Shown here one piece after another: positions 26,573 to 36,157 of a stretch of 64,000 bases of DNA. Positions within the stretch are counted from its first letter, which is position 1; the number at the start of each line of letters is the position of its first letter. Position numbers and translations under genes: made by a program. The notes under the pieces were generated by a model, which was not told the DNA's origin, ran no database searches, and saw only the letters and a list, made by a program, of their open reading frames with translations. The stretch comes from Candidatus Parabacteroides intestinigallinarum (GTDB lineage: Bacteria > Bacteroidota > Bacteroidia > Bacteroidales > Tannerellaceae), in the NCBI GenBank assembly GCA_019114945.1, contig DXEN01000007.1:1386-65385 (forward strand), in the 5' to 3' direction.

Positions 26573-28915
26573 ATGAAGAAAAGAAGTGTTTGGGCGCTGG
26601 CGCTAACGGCTTTGTTGACGTGGGCAGGAGAACCCGCGATTGCCGCTACGTATGACGCCGCCGATCCGGTAGAGTATGTCAACCCATTGATGGGTACACA
26701 GTCTACGTTTGAGTTATCGACAGGTAATACCTATCCGGCGATCGCACGTCCGTGGGGTATGAATTTCTGGACACCGCAGACCGGTAAGATGGGGGATGGC
26801 TGGCAGTATGTTTATACGGCCAACAAGATCCGTGGGTTCAAACAAACCCATCAACCTAGTCCGTGGATCAATGACTATGGGCAGTTCGCTATTATGCCGA
26901 TCGTAGGGAAACCGGAGTTCGATCAGGATAAGCGCGCCAGCTGGTTCTCGCATAAAGGAGAGGTGGCGAAGGCTTATTATTATAAGGTATATTTGGCGGA
27001 GCACGATATCGTGACGGAGCTGACGCCGACCGAGCGTGCCGCGATGTTCCGTTTCACTTTCCCGGAGAACGAGCATTCGTATGTGGTGGTGGACGCTTTG
27101 GATAAGGGTTCTTATATCAAGGTGATTCCGGAGGAGAATAAGATTATTGGTTATTCCACGAAGAATAGCGGTGGTGTTCCCGATAATTTCAAAAACTATT
27201 TCGTAATCGAGTTTGACAAGCCGTTCACGTATAAGGCGACTTTCGCGGACGCTACCTTGAAAGAGGGCGCGACCGAGCAGACCAGCGAGCATGTCGGTGC
27301 CGTGATTGGTTTCCAAACGAAGAAAGGCGAGATCGTACATGCGAAAGTGGCATCTTCGTTCATCAGCTTCGAGCAGGCCGCTATCAATATGAAAGAGTTG
27401 GGCAACGATAGCTTCGACGCGCTTGTGCAAAAAGGAAAGGACGCTTGGAACGCGTTGTTGTCCAAGATAGAGGTAGAAGGTGGAAATTTGGATCAATATC
27501 GTACGTTCTACTCTTGCTTCTACCGCTCGTTGTTGTTCCCGCGTAAGTTCTACGAGATCGACGCTGCGGGTAAGGTAGTGCATTATAGCCCTTACAATGG
27601 TCAGGTATTGCCGGGATATATGTATACGGATACTGGTTTCTGGGATACTTTCCGTTGCCTGTTCCCCTTCTTGAATATGATGTTCCCCTCGGTCAACAAG
27701 GAGATTCAGGAGGGATTGATCAATACGTATAAGGAGAGTGGTTTCTTCCCCGAATGGGCCAGCCCCGGTCATCGCGGTTGCATGGTGGGTAATAACTCCG
27801 CTTCCGTCTTGGTGGATGCCTACATGAAAGGTGTGAAGGTAGAGGATTTGGAGACCCTTTATAAGGGTTTGATCCACGGTACGGAGAATGTACACCCGAA
27901 GGTTTCCTCTACGGGACGTTTGGGACATGAGTATTACAACAAGCTGGGATATGTGCCCTACGACGTGAAGATTAACGAGAACGCGGCCCGGACTCTGGAG
28001 TACGCTTATAATGATTGGTGTATCTGGAAACTCGCCAAGGCATTGGATCGTCCGAAGAAAGAACAAGAGTTGTTCGCTCGCCGTGCGTTGAACTATAAGA
28101 ACCTGTTCGACCCGGAAACGAAGTTGATGCGCGGTAAGAACGAGAATGGCGAGTTTATGGCTCCTTTCTCTCCCTTGAAATGGGGTGACGCTTTCACGGA
28201 AGGAAACAGCTGGCATTACTCGTGGTCGGTATTCCACGATCCGCAGGGTTTGATCGACCTGATGGGCGGTAAGGAGGACTTCGTGATGATGCTCGACTCG
28301 GTATTCGCTGTGCCGCCTTTGTTCGATGATAGCTATTACGGGGGGGTAATCCATGAGATCCGCGAGATGACGGTGATGAACATGGGCAACTACGCGCATG
28401 GTAACCAACCGATTCAGCATATGATTTATTTGTACGATTATGCTGGCGAGCCTTGGAAAGCGCAATATTGGTTGCGTCAGGTAATGGATAAGATGTACAC
28501 GCCGGGTCCGGACGGATATTGCGGTGATGAGGACAATGGCCAGACTTCCGCTTGGTACGTGTTTAGTGCGTTGGGCTTCTATCCGGTAGCTCCCGGAACG
28601 ACACAGTATGTGTTGGGCGCTCCGTTGTTCAAGAAAGCGACGATTCATTTCGAGAACGGCAATACGCTGGAGATTAACGCTCCGAACAACAGCGACAAGA
28701 ATTTGTATATCCAGTCGATGACATTCAATGGCAAGGATTATACAAAGAATTATCTGGACCATAACGAGATGTTGAAAGGCGGTGTAATCAGTATCCAGAT
28801 GGGTGATCAACCGAATATGAAGCGTGGTATCAATCCGGAGGATATGCCTTACTCATTCTCGGTAAACGAGGAGGGAATCAGCAAGCTTTCTCCTATTTCC
28901 GTGAAATCGAAATAA
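26573..28915 (+). CDS. GH92 alpha-mannosidase, likely alpha-1,2 (BT3990-like)
   Basis: YVNPLMGT, TEGNSWHY and GDEDNGQTSAW, plus the SPW, PEW and HE motifs linked to alpha-1,2 specificity. Confidence 0.92.
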   Translation: MKKRSVWALALTALLTWAGEPAIAATYDAADPVEYVNPLMGTQSTFELSTGNTYPAIARPWGMNFWTPQTGKMGDGWQYVYTANKIRGFKQTHQPSPWINDYGQFAIMPIVGKPEFDQDKRASWFSHKGEVAKAYYYKVYLAEHDIVTELTPTERAAMFRFTFPENEHSYVVVDALDKGSYIKVIPEENKIIGYSTKNSGGVPDNFKNYFVIEFDKPFTYKATFADATLKEGATEQTSEHVGAVIGFQTKKGEIVHAKVASSFISFEQAAINMKELGNDSFDALVQKGKDAWNALLSKIEVEGGNLDQYRTFYSCFYRSLLFPRKFYEIDAAGKVVHYSPYNGQVLPGYMYTDTGFWDTFRCLFPFLNMMFPSVNKEIQEGLINTYKESGFFPEWASPGHRGCMVGNNSASVLVDAYMKGVKVEDLETLYKGLIHGTENVHPKVSSTGRLGHEYYNKLGYVPYDVKINENAARTLEYAYNDWCIWKLAKALDRPKKEQELFARRALNYKNLFDPETKLMRGKNENGEFMAPFSPLKWGDAFTEGNSWHYSWSVFHDPQGLIDLMGGKEDFVMMLDSVFAVPPLFDDSYYGGVIHEIREMTVMNMGNYAHGNQPIQHMIYLYDYAGEPWKAQYWLRQVMDKMYTPGPDGYCGDEDNGQTSAWYVFSALGFYPVAPGTTQYVLGAPLFKKATIHFENGNTLEINAPNNSDKNLYIQSMTFNGKDYTKNYLDHNEMLKGGVISIQMGDQPNMKRGINPEDMPYSFSVNEEGISKLSPISVKSK

Positions 28916-28937
28916 ATAGAAAAATATTAAAATAACG

Positions 28938-31214
28938 ATGGGTTTTATTCAAAGATTATTTATGCCGGGCATAGCGATATGCCTGGCTTTTCTTGCCTAT
29001 TCGTGTGCCACTCCGGAAAAGAGCGGAAGCGAGGAGGCGACGGATTATACCGCGTATGTAGATCCTTATATCGGATCGGGTGAGCATGGCCATGTGTTCG
29101 TGGGCGCGAATGTGCCGTTTGGCGCGGTACAGGTAGGTCCACAGAATATCTTCAAGGGATGGGACTGGTGCTCCGGATACCACTATTCCGATAGTATCAT
29201 TATTGGATTCAGCCATACCCATTTGAGCGGTACGGGCTGTTCGGATCTGGGCGATATCTTGTTGATGCCTTATACCGGCGAGGTCCGTACCTTGCGGGGA
29301 GAGCAGGATAATATTAAGGGAGCCGCTTCTTCTTATTATAGCCATGCCAACGAGTCCGTGGAACCGGGCTATTATTCGCTCTTGATGGATAACGGGGTGA
29401 AGGCGGAACTGACCGCGACCGAGCGTGTCGCTTTGCATCGTTATACGTATCCCGCAGAGGGAGAGCGTCGTTTGTTGATCAACTTGAAAGAAGGTATTGG
29501 CGACGTGGCGTATGATACCTATCTGAAGAAGGTCGATGAATATACGGTGGAGGGATACCGCTTCTCGAAAGGTTGGAGCCCGCGCCATAAGGTGTTCTTC
29601 ACGTTGAAGAGCGAGCAACCGATAGCCTCGTTGGCCGTGTTCAACGATGATCAGCCGGCTGGCAACGACGAGTTGAAGGGTGAGTCGGTGAAAGGCGTGA
29701 TTACCTTTAAGAGCGATGCCCCGACGGTGCTGGTAAAAGTGGCTATCTCGTCCGTGAGTTGCGAGAATGCCTTGGCGAATTTGCAGGCGGAATTGGCGGA
29801 CTGGAATTTCGACGGCGTACGTAACGAGGCGACACGGAAATGGAACGAGCAATTGGCTTGCATCGATATCGATACGCCGGACGAGCGTGCCAAGAAGATT
29901 TTCTATACCGCCATGTATCACATGTTTATCGCTCCGACGTTGTATTGCGACGTGAACGGTGATTTCCGCGGACACGATGATAAGGAATATACGAATAATA
30001 CGTGGAAGAATTATTCTACATTCTCGTTGTGGGATACCTATCGTACGTTGCATCCGTTGTTCACGATCATCAAGCCGCAATATGTGCCGGATTTGGTGAA
30101 CTCGATGTTGAGTATTTACGACCAGCAGGAGAAATTGCCGATCTGGCCGTTGATTGGTGGCGAGACGAACCAAATGCCGGGTTATAGTGCTGTTCCGGTG
30201 ATCGCGGACGCTTACTTGAAAGGAATTACCGGTTTCGACGCGGAGCGGGCTTACCAGGCGATGGTAGCTTCTTCCGTGTATGAGAAGCAAAACGGCGTTC
30301 CTTATGTATTGGAGAAAGGATATATCCCTTGCGATAAGGTACGCGAGGCGACCTCGATCGCGATGGAGTACGCCGCTGATGATTGGGGAATCGCTTTGAT
30401 GGCGAAAAAGATGGGAAAGACCGATGATTATCAGACCTACCTGAAGCGGGGTAAGTATTATGCTCAATATTTTGATAAGAGCATTAACTTCATTCGTCCG
30501 AAGATGAACGATGGCAGTTGGCGCACGCCCTACGATCCGTTCCGTTCGGTTCATAGCGTGGGCGACTTCTGTGAGGGGAATGGTTGGCATTATACATTCT
30601 TCGTGCCGCAACATCCGGAGGGCTTGATCGCGTTGATGGGTGGCGACGCTCCGTTTATCGCGAAGTTGGATTCGCTCTTTACGGCTGAGGGCGAGATGGG
30701 AGCGGAGGCTTCTCCCGATATCAGTGGGTTGATTGGTATGTATGCGCATGGCAACGAGCCGAGCCACCATGTTACTTACCTGTATTCGTATGCGGGCGAG
30801 CCTTGGAAGACCGCCGAGAAGGTGCGTTTTATCCAAGACGAGTTCTATACGGATCAGCCGGAAGGTGTCATCGGCAACGAGGATTGCGGCCAGATGTCGG
30901 CTTGGCATGTGATGTCGGCGATGGGCTTCTATCAGGTAAATCCTTCAAACGGGGTTTATGTGTTCGGTAGCCCGTTGTTCCCCAAGGCGACTATACATTT
31001 GCCGGAAGGAAAGACTTTCGAGATAGTCGCTCAGAACAATAATAAGGAGAATATCTATATCCAGTCTGTGACATTGAATGGACAACCTTACGAGAAGTCG
31101 TACATCCTGTATGAGGATATCATGAAGGGTGGAAATTTGACATTCGTAATGGGTAATACGCCGAATAAGGCGTTTGGTGCCGCTCCGGAGAATCGTCCGA
31201 AAACAGCGGAATAA
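28938..31214 (+). CDS. GH92 alpha-mannosidase (lipoprotein)
   Basis: Lipobox AYSC, GFSHTHLSGTG, FSLWDTYR, EGNGWHY, HGNEPSHH and GNEDCGQMSAW. Confidence 0.92.
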   Translation: MGFIQRLFMPGIAICLAFLAYSCATPEKSGSEEATDYTAYVDPYIGSGEHGHVFVGANVPFGAVQVGPQNIFKGWDWCSGYHYSDSIIIGFSHTHLSGTGCSDLGDILLMPYTGEVRTLRGEQDNIKGAASSYYSHANESVEPGYYSLLMDNGVKAELTATERVALHRYTYPAEGERRLLINLKEGIGDVAYDTYLKKVDEYTVEGYRFSKGWSPRHKVFFTLKSEQPIASLAVFNDDQPAGNDELKGESVKGVITFKSDAPTVLVKVAISSVSCENALANLQAELADWNFDGVRNEATRKWNEQLACIDIDTPDERAKKIFYTAMYHMFIAPTLYCDVNGDFRGHDDKEYTNNTWKNYSTFSLWDTYRTLHPLFTIIKPQYVPDLVNSMLSIYDQQEKLPIWPLIGGETNQMPGYSAVPVIADAYLKGITGFDAERAYQAMVASSVYEKQNGVPYVLEKGYIPCDKVREATSIAMEYAADDWGIALMAKKMGKTDDYQTYLKRGKYYAQYFDKSINFIRPKMNDGSWRTPYDPFRSVHSVGDFCEGNGWHYTFFVPQHPEGLIALMGGDAPFIAKLDSLFTAEGEMGAEASPDISGLIGMYAHGNEPSHHVTYLYSYAGEPWKTAEKVRFIQDEFYTDQPEGVIGNEDCGQMSAWHVMSAMGFYQVNPSNGVYVFGSPLFPKATIHLPEGKTFEIVAQNNNKENIYIQSVTLNGQPYEKSYILYEDIMKGGNLTFVMGNTPNKAFGAAPENRPKTAE

Positions 31215-31306
31215 ATGATAAAAGTTCGACAAAGAGGATGGGGCAAATCGTGGGGTAGTATACGGGATGGCACATCCTCTTGTTAAATCGTAAGAAATAG
31301 TTAAAT

Positions 31307-33595
31307 ATGAAAAGGATGAAGACAATCGTTAAAACTTCGATAGCCTTACTGGCTTCCGTTTTCCTGTGCGCCTCTTGTTCGGGAGGTGGCCAAGGGGGAG
31401 CAATGGCGACCTTGGATCCGGTGGATTACGTGAATCCTTATATGGGAAATATCAGCCACTTGTTGGTCCCGACTTTCCCGACCGTGCATTTGCCGAATAG
31501 TATGTTGCGGGCCTATCCGGAACGTGCCGATTTTACGGGCGATCGTTTGGGTGGATTGCCCATCATCGTTACGAATCATCGGGAACGCTCCGCCTTTAAT
31601 TTGTGCCCCTATCAGGGGGATGAGTCCGGATTGCGTCCGGTGATTAATTATAGCTATGATCGGGAGAAAATCCGTCCTTATCGCTATGAGGTTTATTTGG
31701 ATAATGAGGAGATTTGGGTAGATTACGCCCCTTCCCACCAAAGCGCGGTATATGCGCTTGCCTTTGAGAAGCAAGGACCTGCTTATTTGGTGTTTAACAG
31801 TCGTAATGGAGCGTTGCGGACTGCGGATAATTATGTAAGTGGTTATCAGTACATCGACCGAAAGACGAAAGTTTATTTGTATGCCGAGACCGACCGGAAA
31901 CCGGTGAAAGCAGGTGTCGCTACGGAAGGTAGCGTGGATTATAACACGACTTCGGTAGAAGGAAAGAACGCCGCGATCGCTTTGGCGTTTGGCGATGGCG
32001 TAACCTCTTTGGGGGTGCGTTATGGTATCTCTTTTATCAGCGAGGAGCAGGCTAAGAAGAATTTGTATCGCGAGATTGCCGCTTACGACGTGAATGTGGT
32101 GGCGAAAGAGGGCCGTGATACTTGGAACCAAGCGCTTGGCAAAATCCAGATTCAAGGAGGGACGGATGAGGAGCGAACCGTATTCTATACTTCTTTGTAT
32201 CGTTGCTATGAGCGTCCGATTTGCATGAGCGAGGATGGACACTATTACAGCGCGTTTGATGGGCAGATTCACGAGGATGGTGGCCGGCCGTTTTATACGG
32301 ATGATTGGATCTGGGATACGTATCGGGCTACACATCCGTTACGTGCGTTAATCGATAAGGAACGTGAGAACGATATCATCAATTCGTTCCTGTTGATGGC
32401 CGAGCAGATGGGGACGAACTGGATGCCGACTTTCCCGGAAGTGACGGGCGATACGCGACGGATGAATTCTAACCATGCGGTAGCTACCGTGATTGACGCG
32501 TATCGTAAGGGTTTGCGTGGTTTTGAGTTGGAGAAAGCGTATATCGCATGTAAGAAAGGTATCGAGGAGAAAACTTTGATTCCGTGGTCGGCCGCCCCGG
32601 CGGGTTGGCTGGACGATTTCTACAAGGAGCATGGTTATATCCCGGCTTTACGTCCGGGCGAGAAGGAAACGGTGCCGAATGTCTCTATTTGGGAGAAACG
32701 TCAACCGATCGCGGTGACTTTGGGTACCTCGTATGACGAGTGGTGTTTGTCGCAGATCGCCCAGGAGTTAGGTAAGGCGGACGAGGCGAAGTATTATTTG
32801 CGTCGTTCGTATAACTATCGGAATGTATTCAATCCGGAAACTCGTTTCTTCCATCCGAAAGATAAGGACGGACAGTTTATCTATCCGTTGGATTATCGTT
32901 ATGATGGCGGTTTGGGAGCGCGCGATTATTATGATGAGAATAATGGTTACGTGTACCGTTGGGATGTACAGCACAATATCGGCGACTTAGTCGCCTTGAT
33001 TGGCGGGAATGAGGCGTTTACCTCGGCATTGGATTCGATGTTCAATACGCCGTTGGGCATGTCGAAGTGGCAATTCTATTCCACGTTGCCCGACCATACG
33101 GGAAATGTGGGCATGTTCTCGATGGCGAACGAGCCGAGCCTGCATATACCTTATTTATATAATTATGCCGGCAAGCCTTGGATGACGCAGAAACGTATCC
33201 GGACGTTGTTGAACCAATGGTTCCGGAACGATTTGATGGGTGTTCCGGGTGATGAGGATGGTGGCGGTATGTCTGCTTTTGTGGTGTTCAGCCAGATGGG
33301 CTTCTATCCGGTAACGCCGGGATCTCCCACCTATAATATCGGTAGTCCGCTGTTTACGGATGTGAAGATCGATATGGGCGATGGCGCTATATTCGAGATC
33401 CGGGCCAATAACGCCTCTACGGAGAATAAGTATATACAGTCCGCGAAGTTGAATGGCGTGACGTTGGACCAACCTTGGTTCAATCATAGCGATATCGCGT
33501 CCGGAGGTTTGTTGGAGTTGGAGATGGGCCCGAAAGCGAATAAAGCGTGGGGAATAGCTACACCTCCTCCTTCCGCGGAGCCAATGCCGGAATAG
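31307..33595 (+). CDS. GH92 alpha-mannosidase (lipoprotein)
   Basis: Lipobox CASC, DWIWDTYRA.HP, NEPSLH.PY and GDEDGG.MS.F. Confidence 0.9.
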   Translation: MKRMKTIVKTSIALLASVFLCASCSGGGQGGAMATLDPVDYVNPYMGNISHLLVPTFPTVHLPNSMLRAYPERADFTGDRLGGLPIIVTNHRERSAFNLCPYQGDESGLRPVINYSYDREKIRPYRYEVYLDNEEIWVDYAPSHQSAVYALAFEKQGPAYLVFNSRNGALRTADNYVSGYQYIDRKTKVYLYAETDRKPVKAGVATEGSVDYNTTSVEGKNAAIALAFGDGVTSLGVRYGISFISEEQAKKNLYREIAAYDVNVVAKEGRDTWNQALGKIQIQGGTDEERTVFYTSLYRCYERPICMSEDGHYYSAFDGQIHEDGGRPFYTDDWIWDTYRATHPLRALIDKERENDIINSFLLMAEQMGTNWMPTFPEVTGDTRRMNSNHAVATVIDAYRKGLRGFELEKAYIACKKGIEEKTLIPWSAAPAGWLDDFYKEHGYIPALRPGEKETVPNVSIWEKRQPIAVTLGTSYDEWCLSQIAQELGKADEAKYYLRRSYNYRNVFNPETRFFHPKDKDGQFIYPLDYRYDGGLGARDYYDENNGYVYRWDVQHNIGDLVALIGGNEAFTSALDSMFNTPLGMSKWQFYSTLPDHTGNVGMFSMANEPSLHIPYLYNYAGKPWMTQKRIRTLLNQWFRNDLMGVPGDEDGGGMSAFVVFSQMGFYPVTPGSPTYNIGSPLFTDVKIDMGDGAIFEIRANNASTENKYIQSAKLNGVTLDQPWFNHSDIASGGLLELEMGPKANKAWGIATPPPSAEPMPE

Positions 33596-33617
33596 GGGAT
33601 AAAAAGTAAAACGATCC

Positions 33618-33657
33618 AAAGGGGAATTTGAACAATGCTATGTTTAAATTCCCCTTT
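33618..33657 (+). terminator. Long hairpin after the GH92 cluster
   Basis: aaaggggaatttgaaca pairs with tgtttaaattccccttt. Confidence 0.75.
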
Positions 33658-33734
33658 TGCGTTTATGGGTTATGATTTTTATGTAAATTCGCGTGGTTGG
33701 ATTTCTAATTTAAACAAACAAGAACAAAAAGAAG

Positions 33735-35894
33735 ATGAAACAATTAATTGTTGCGGCGGGATTGGCTGTTATGCTGACTGCCTGCGGCTCTTCCGAGAAG
33801 AAGAGTGTGGAAGGTGAGAATCCGTTCTTTACGGAATACACGACACCTTTTGGAGTGCCTCCTTTTGATAAGATCAAGTTCGAGCATTACAAGCCCGCGA
33901 TGTTGAAAGGCATGGAAGAGGGCCGGAAAGAGATTGAGGCGATCGTGAATAATCCGGAAGAGCCTTCTTTCGAGAATACGATCGTGGCGTTGGATCGTCA
34001 AGGCGAGTTGTTGCGTAAGGTGCAGATCGTGTTTGGCGGACAGAATAGCGTCAACACCAACGATGATATGCAGAACTTGAGCCGGGAGATGTCGCCTTTA
34101 TTGTCTCAATATCGGGATGATATCAATTTGAATCCGAAGTTGTTCGCACGTGTGAAAGCCGTTTACGACAAGAAGGATGAGTTAGGCTTGGATAAGGAGC
34201 AAATGAAACTGCTGGAGGAGACTTATAAAGGTTTCGTACGGGGTGGAGCGAATTTGTCGGAGGCCGATCAGGCTAAGCTGCGTGAGTTGAATAGCGAGAT
34301 TTCGATGTTGCAACTGACGTTCGGGCAAAATATGTTGAAGGAGACGAACGCGTTCCAGTTGGTCATTGACAATAAGGAGGATTTGTCGGGTCTGCCGGAG
34401 ACATTGATCGCGAATGCCGCTGAGACCGCGAAAGCGGCCGGTATGGAAGGTAAGTGGGTGTTTACGTTGCATAATCCGAGTGTTATGCCTTTCTTGCAGT
34501 ATTCCGATAAGCGGGATTTACGCGAGAAGATCTTTAAGGCGTATATCAATCGGGGTAACAATGATAACGAGAATGATAACAAGGAGGTCGTTCGTAAGTT
34601 GGTGGCCGCTCGCTTGGCGAAAGCGAAATTGATGGGTTACGACGATTACGCTTCCTTTGCGTTGGAGGATCGCATGGCGAAAAGCTCTGATCGGGTTTAT
34701 CAACTGTTAGACGAGATTTGGAAGCCGGCTTTGGCGAAAGCGAAGGAGGAGTTGGCCGACATCAATGCCGAGATCAAGAAAGAGGGTGGCGATTTCGAGG
34801 CCGAAGGCTGGGATTGGCGTTATTATTTCGAGAAGGCCAAGAAAGCGAAGTTTAACTTGGACGAGAATGAGGTACGTCCTTATTTGAAGTTGGACAATGT
34901 ACGTGAGGGTGCTTTCTATGTCGCTAATAAATTGTATGGTATTACCTTTACGCCGATCAAGGATATTCCGTTACCTTATCCGGAAGCGCAGGCTTTCGAG
35001 TGCAAGGATAAAGACGGTTCGCATTTGGGCGTGATTTATTTCGATTTCTTCCCGCGGGCCAGCAAACGGGGTGGCGCATGGTGTGGCACCTATCGTCCCC
35101 AATCGTATGAGAATGGGAAGCGTGTAGCGCCCGTCGTAACGATCGTATGCAACTTTAGCCAGCCGGCTCCGGGACAACCCGCTTTGTTGAGCGCGGATGA
35201 GGCGACTACATTGTTCCATGAGTTCGGTCATGGTTTGCACAACTTGTTTAAGGACGTGCATTATTCCGGTGTATCCGGTGTGCCTCGCGATTTCGTGGAG
35301 TTGCCTTCTCAGATCATGGAGCACTGGGTATTCGAGCCGGAAGTCTTGAAAGTATATGCGAAACATTATCAGACGGGTGAGGTGATTCCCGCTGAGTTAA
35401 TCGAGAAGTTGGATAAGAGCGGTAAATATGGCCAAGGTTTCGCTACGACTGAGTATTTGGCTGCCTCTTACTTGGACATGGACTTCCATGCGATAGCGGG
35501 TGATCCGGCCGATAAGAAAGTGCTCTCGTTTGTCGATCAGACCAATAACGTTCCCGCGAATTTGAACGTGATGGAGTTCGAGGATCAGACCCTGGGACGT
35601 CGCGGCTTGATTCGTCAAATTCCTTCTCGCTATCGTACTACTTATTTCAATCATACGATGGGTGGAGGTTATACCGCTGGCTATTATAGTTATATCTGGG
35701 CGGAGGTGTTGGATTGCGATGCTTTCGAGGCTTATAAGGAGACGGGCGATATCTTTAATCAGGAGTGTGCCGATAAGTTCCGTAAGTATATCTTGACGCC
35801 GGGTGGTATCGACGACGCGATGGATATGTATAAGAATTTCCGTGGCAAAGAGCCGGGAACGGATCCTTTGCTGAGAAATAGAGGATTGAAATAA
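33735..35894 (+). CDS. M3-family metallopeptidase (Dcp-like), lipoprotein
   Basis: HEFGH, DFVELPSQ and YYSYIWAE motifs; lipobox LTAC. Confidence 0.92.
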   Translation: MKQLIVAAGLAVMLTACGSSEKKSVEGENPFFTEYTTPFGVPPFDKIKFEHYKPAMLKGMEEGRKEIEAIVNNPEEPSFENTIVALDRQGELLRKVQIVFGGQNSVNTNDDMQNLSREMSPLLSQYRDDINLNPKLFARVKAVYDKKDELGLDKEQMKLLEETYKGFVRGGANLSEADQAKLRELNSEISMLQLTFGQNMLKETNAFQLVIDNKEDLSGLPETLIANAAETAKAAGMEGKWVFTLHNPSVMPFLQYSDKRDLREKIFKAYINRGNNDNENDNKEVVRKLVAARLAKAKLMGYDDYASFALEDRMAKSSDRVYQLLDEIWKPALAKAKEELADINAEIKKEGGDFEAEGWDWRYYFEKAKKAKFNLDENEVRPYLKLDNVREGAFYVANKLYGITFTPIKDIPLPYPEAQAFECKDKDGSHLGVIYFDFFPRASKRGGAWCGTYRPQSYENGKRVAPVVTIVCNFSQPAPGQPALLSADEATTLFHEFGHGLHNLFKDVHYSGVSGVPRDFVELPSQIMEHWVFEPEVLKVYAKHYQTGEVIPAELIEKLDKSGKYGQGFATTEYLAASYLDMDFHAIAGDPADKKVLSFVDQTNNVPANLNVMEFEDQTLGRRGLIRQIPSRYRTTYFNHTMGGGYTAGYYSYIWAEVLDCDAFEAYKETGDIFNQECADKFRKYILTPGGIDDAMDMYKNFRGKEPGTDPLLRNRGLK

Positions 35895-36050
35895 TCCAAG
35901 GAGGACAATTGAGAGGGGTGTGCGGACAGGGCTTGTTGGCACACCCTTTTTTGTTATATGTGGATTTCGAATTGTTAGTATTGTGAAAGATAAATGGGCA
36001 AATCGCAAGTAAAAGTGTTGATATTATCTATTTGAACTCATAAATTGTTA

Positions 36051-36099
36051 TTTGTAGTTTGTATTTTGTAAATAGTGATTCATAAATAGCAAACCGTAA
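36051..36099. repeat. Degenerate 7-bp tandem tract upstream of purF
   Basis: tttgtag tttgtat tttgtaa atagtga ttcataa atagcaa accgtaa. Confidence 0.55.
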
Positions 36100-36157
36100 A
36101 TTATTTTTTCCTGGGATTGTCGTATCTTCGCGCTAAAATCATAAAGTTGATTCGACG

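Noticed and set aside
26714-30908. Long minus-strand ORFs of 698 aa and 650 aa
   Set aside because: They are antisense shadows of the GH92 genes, explained by codon bias, and show no recognisable motifs. The same applies to the other nested shadow ORFs in the track.
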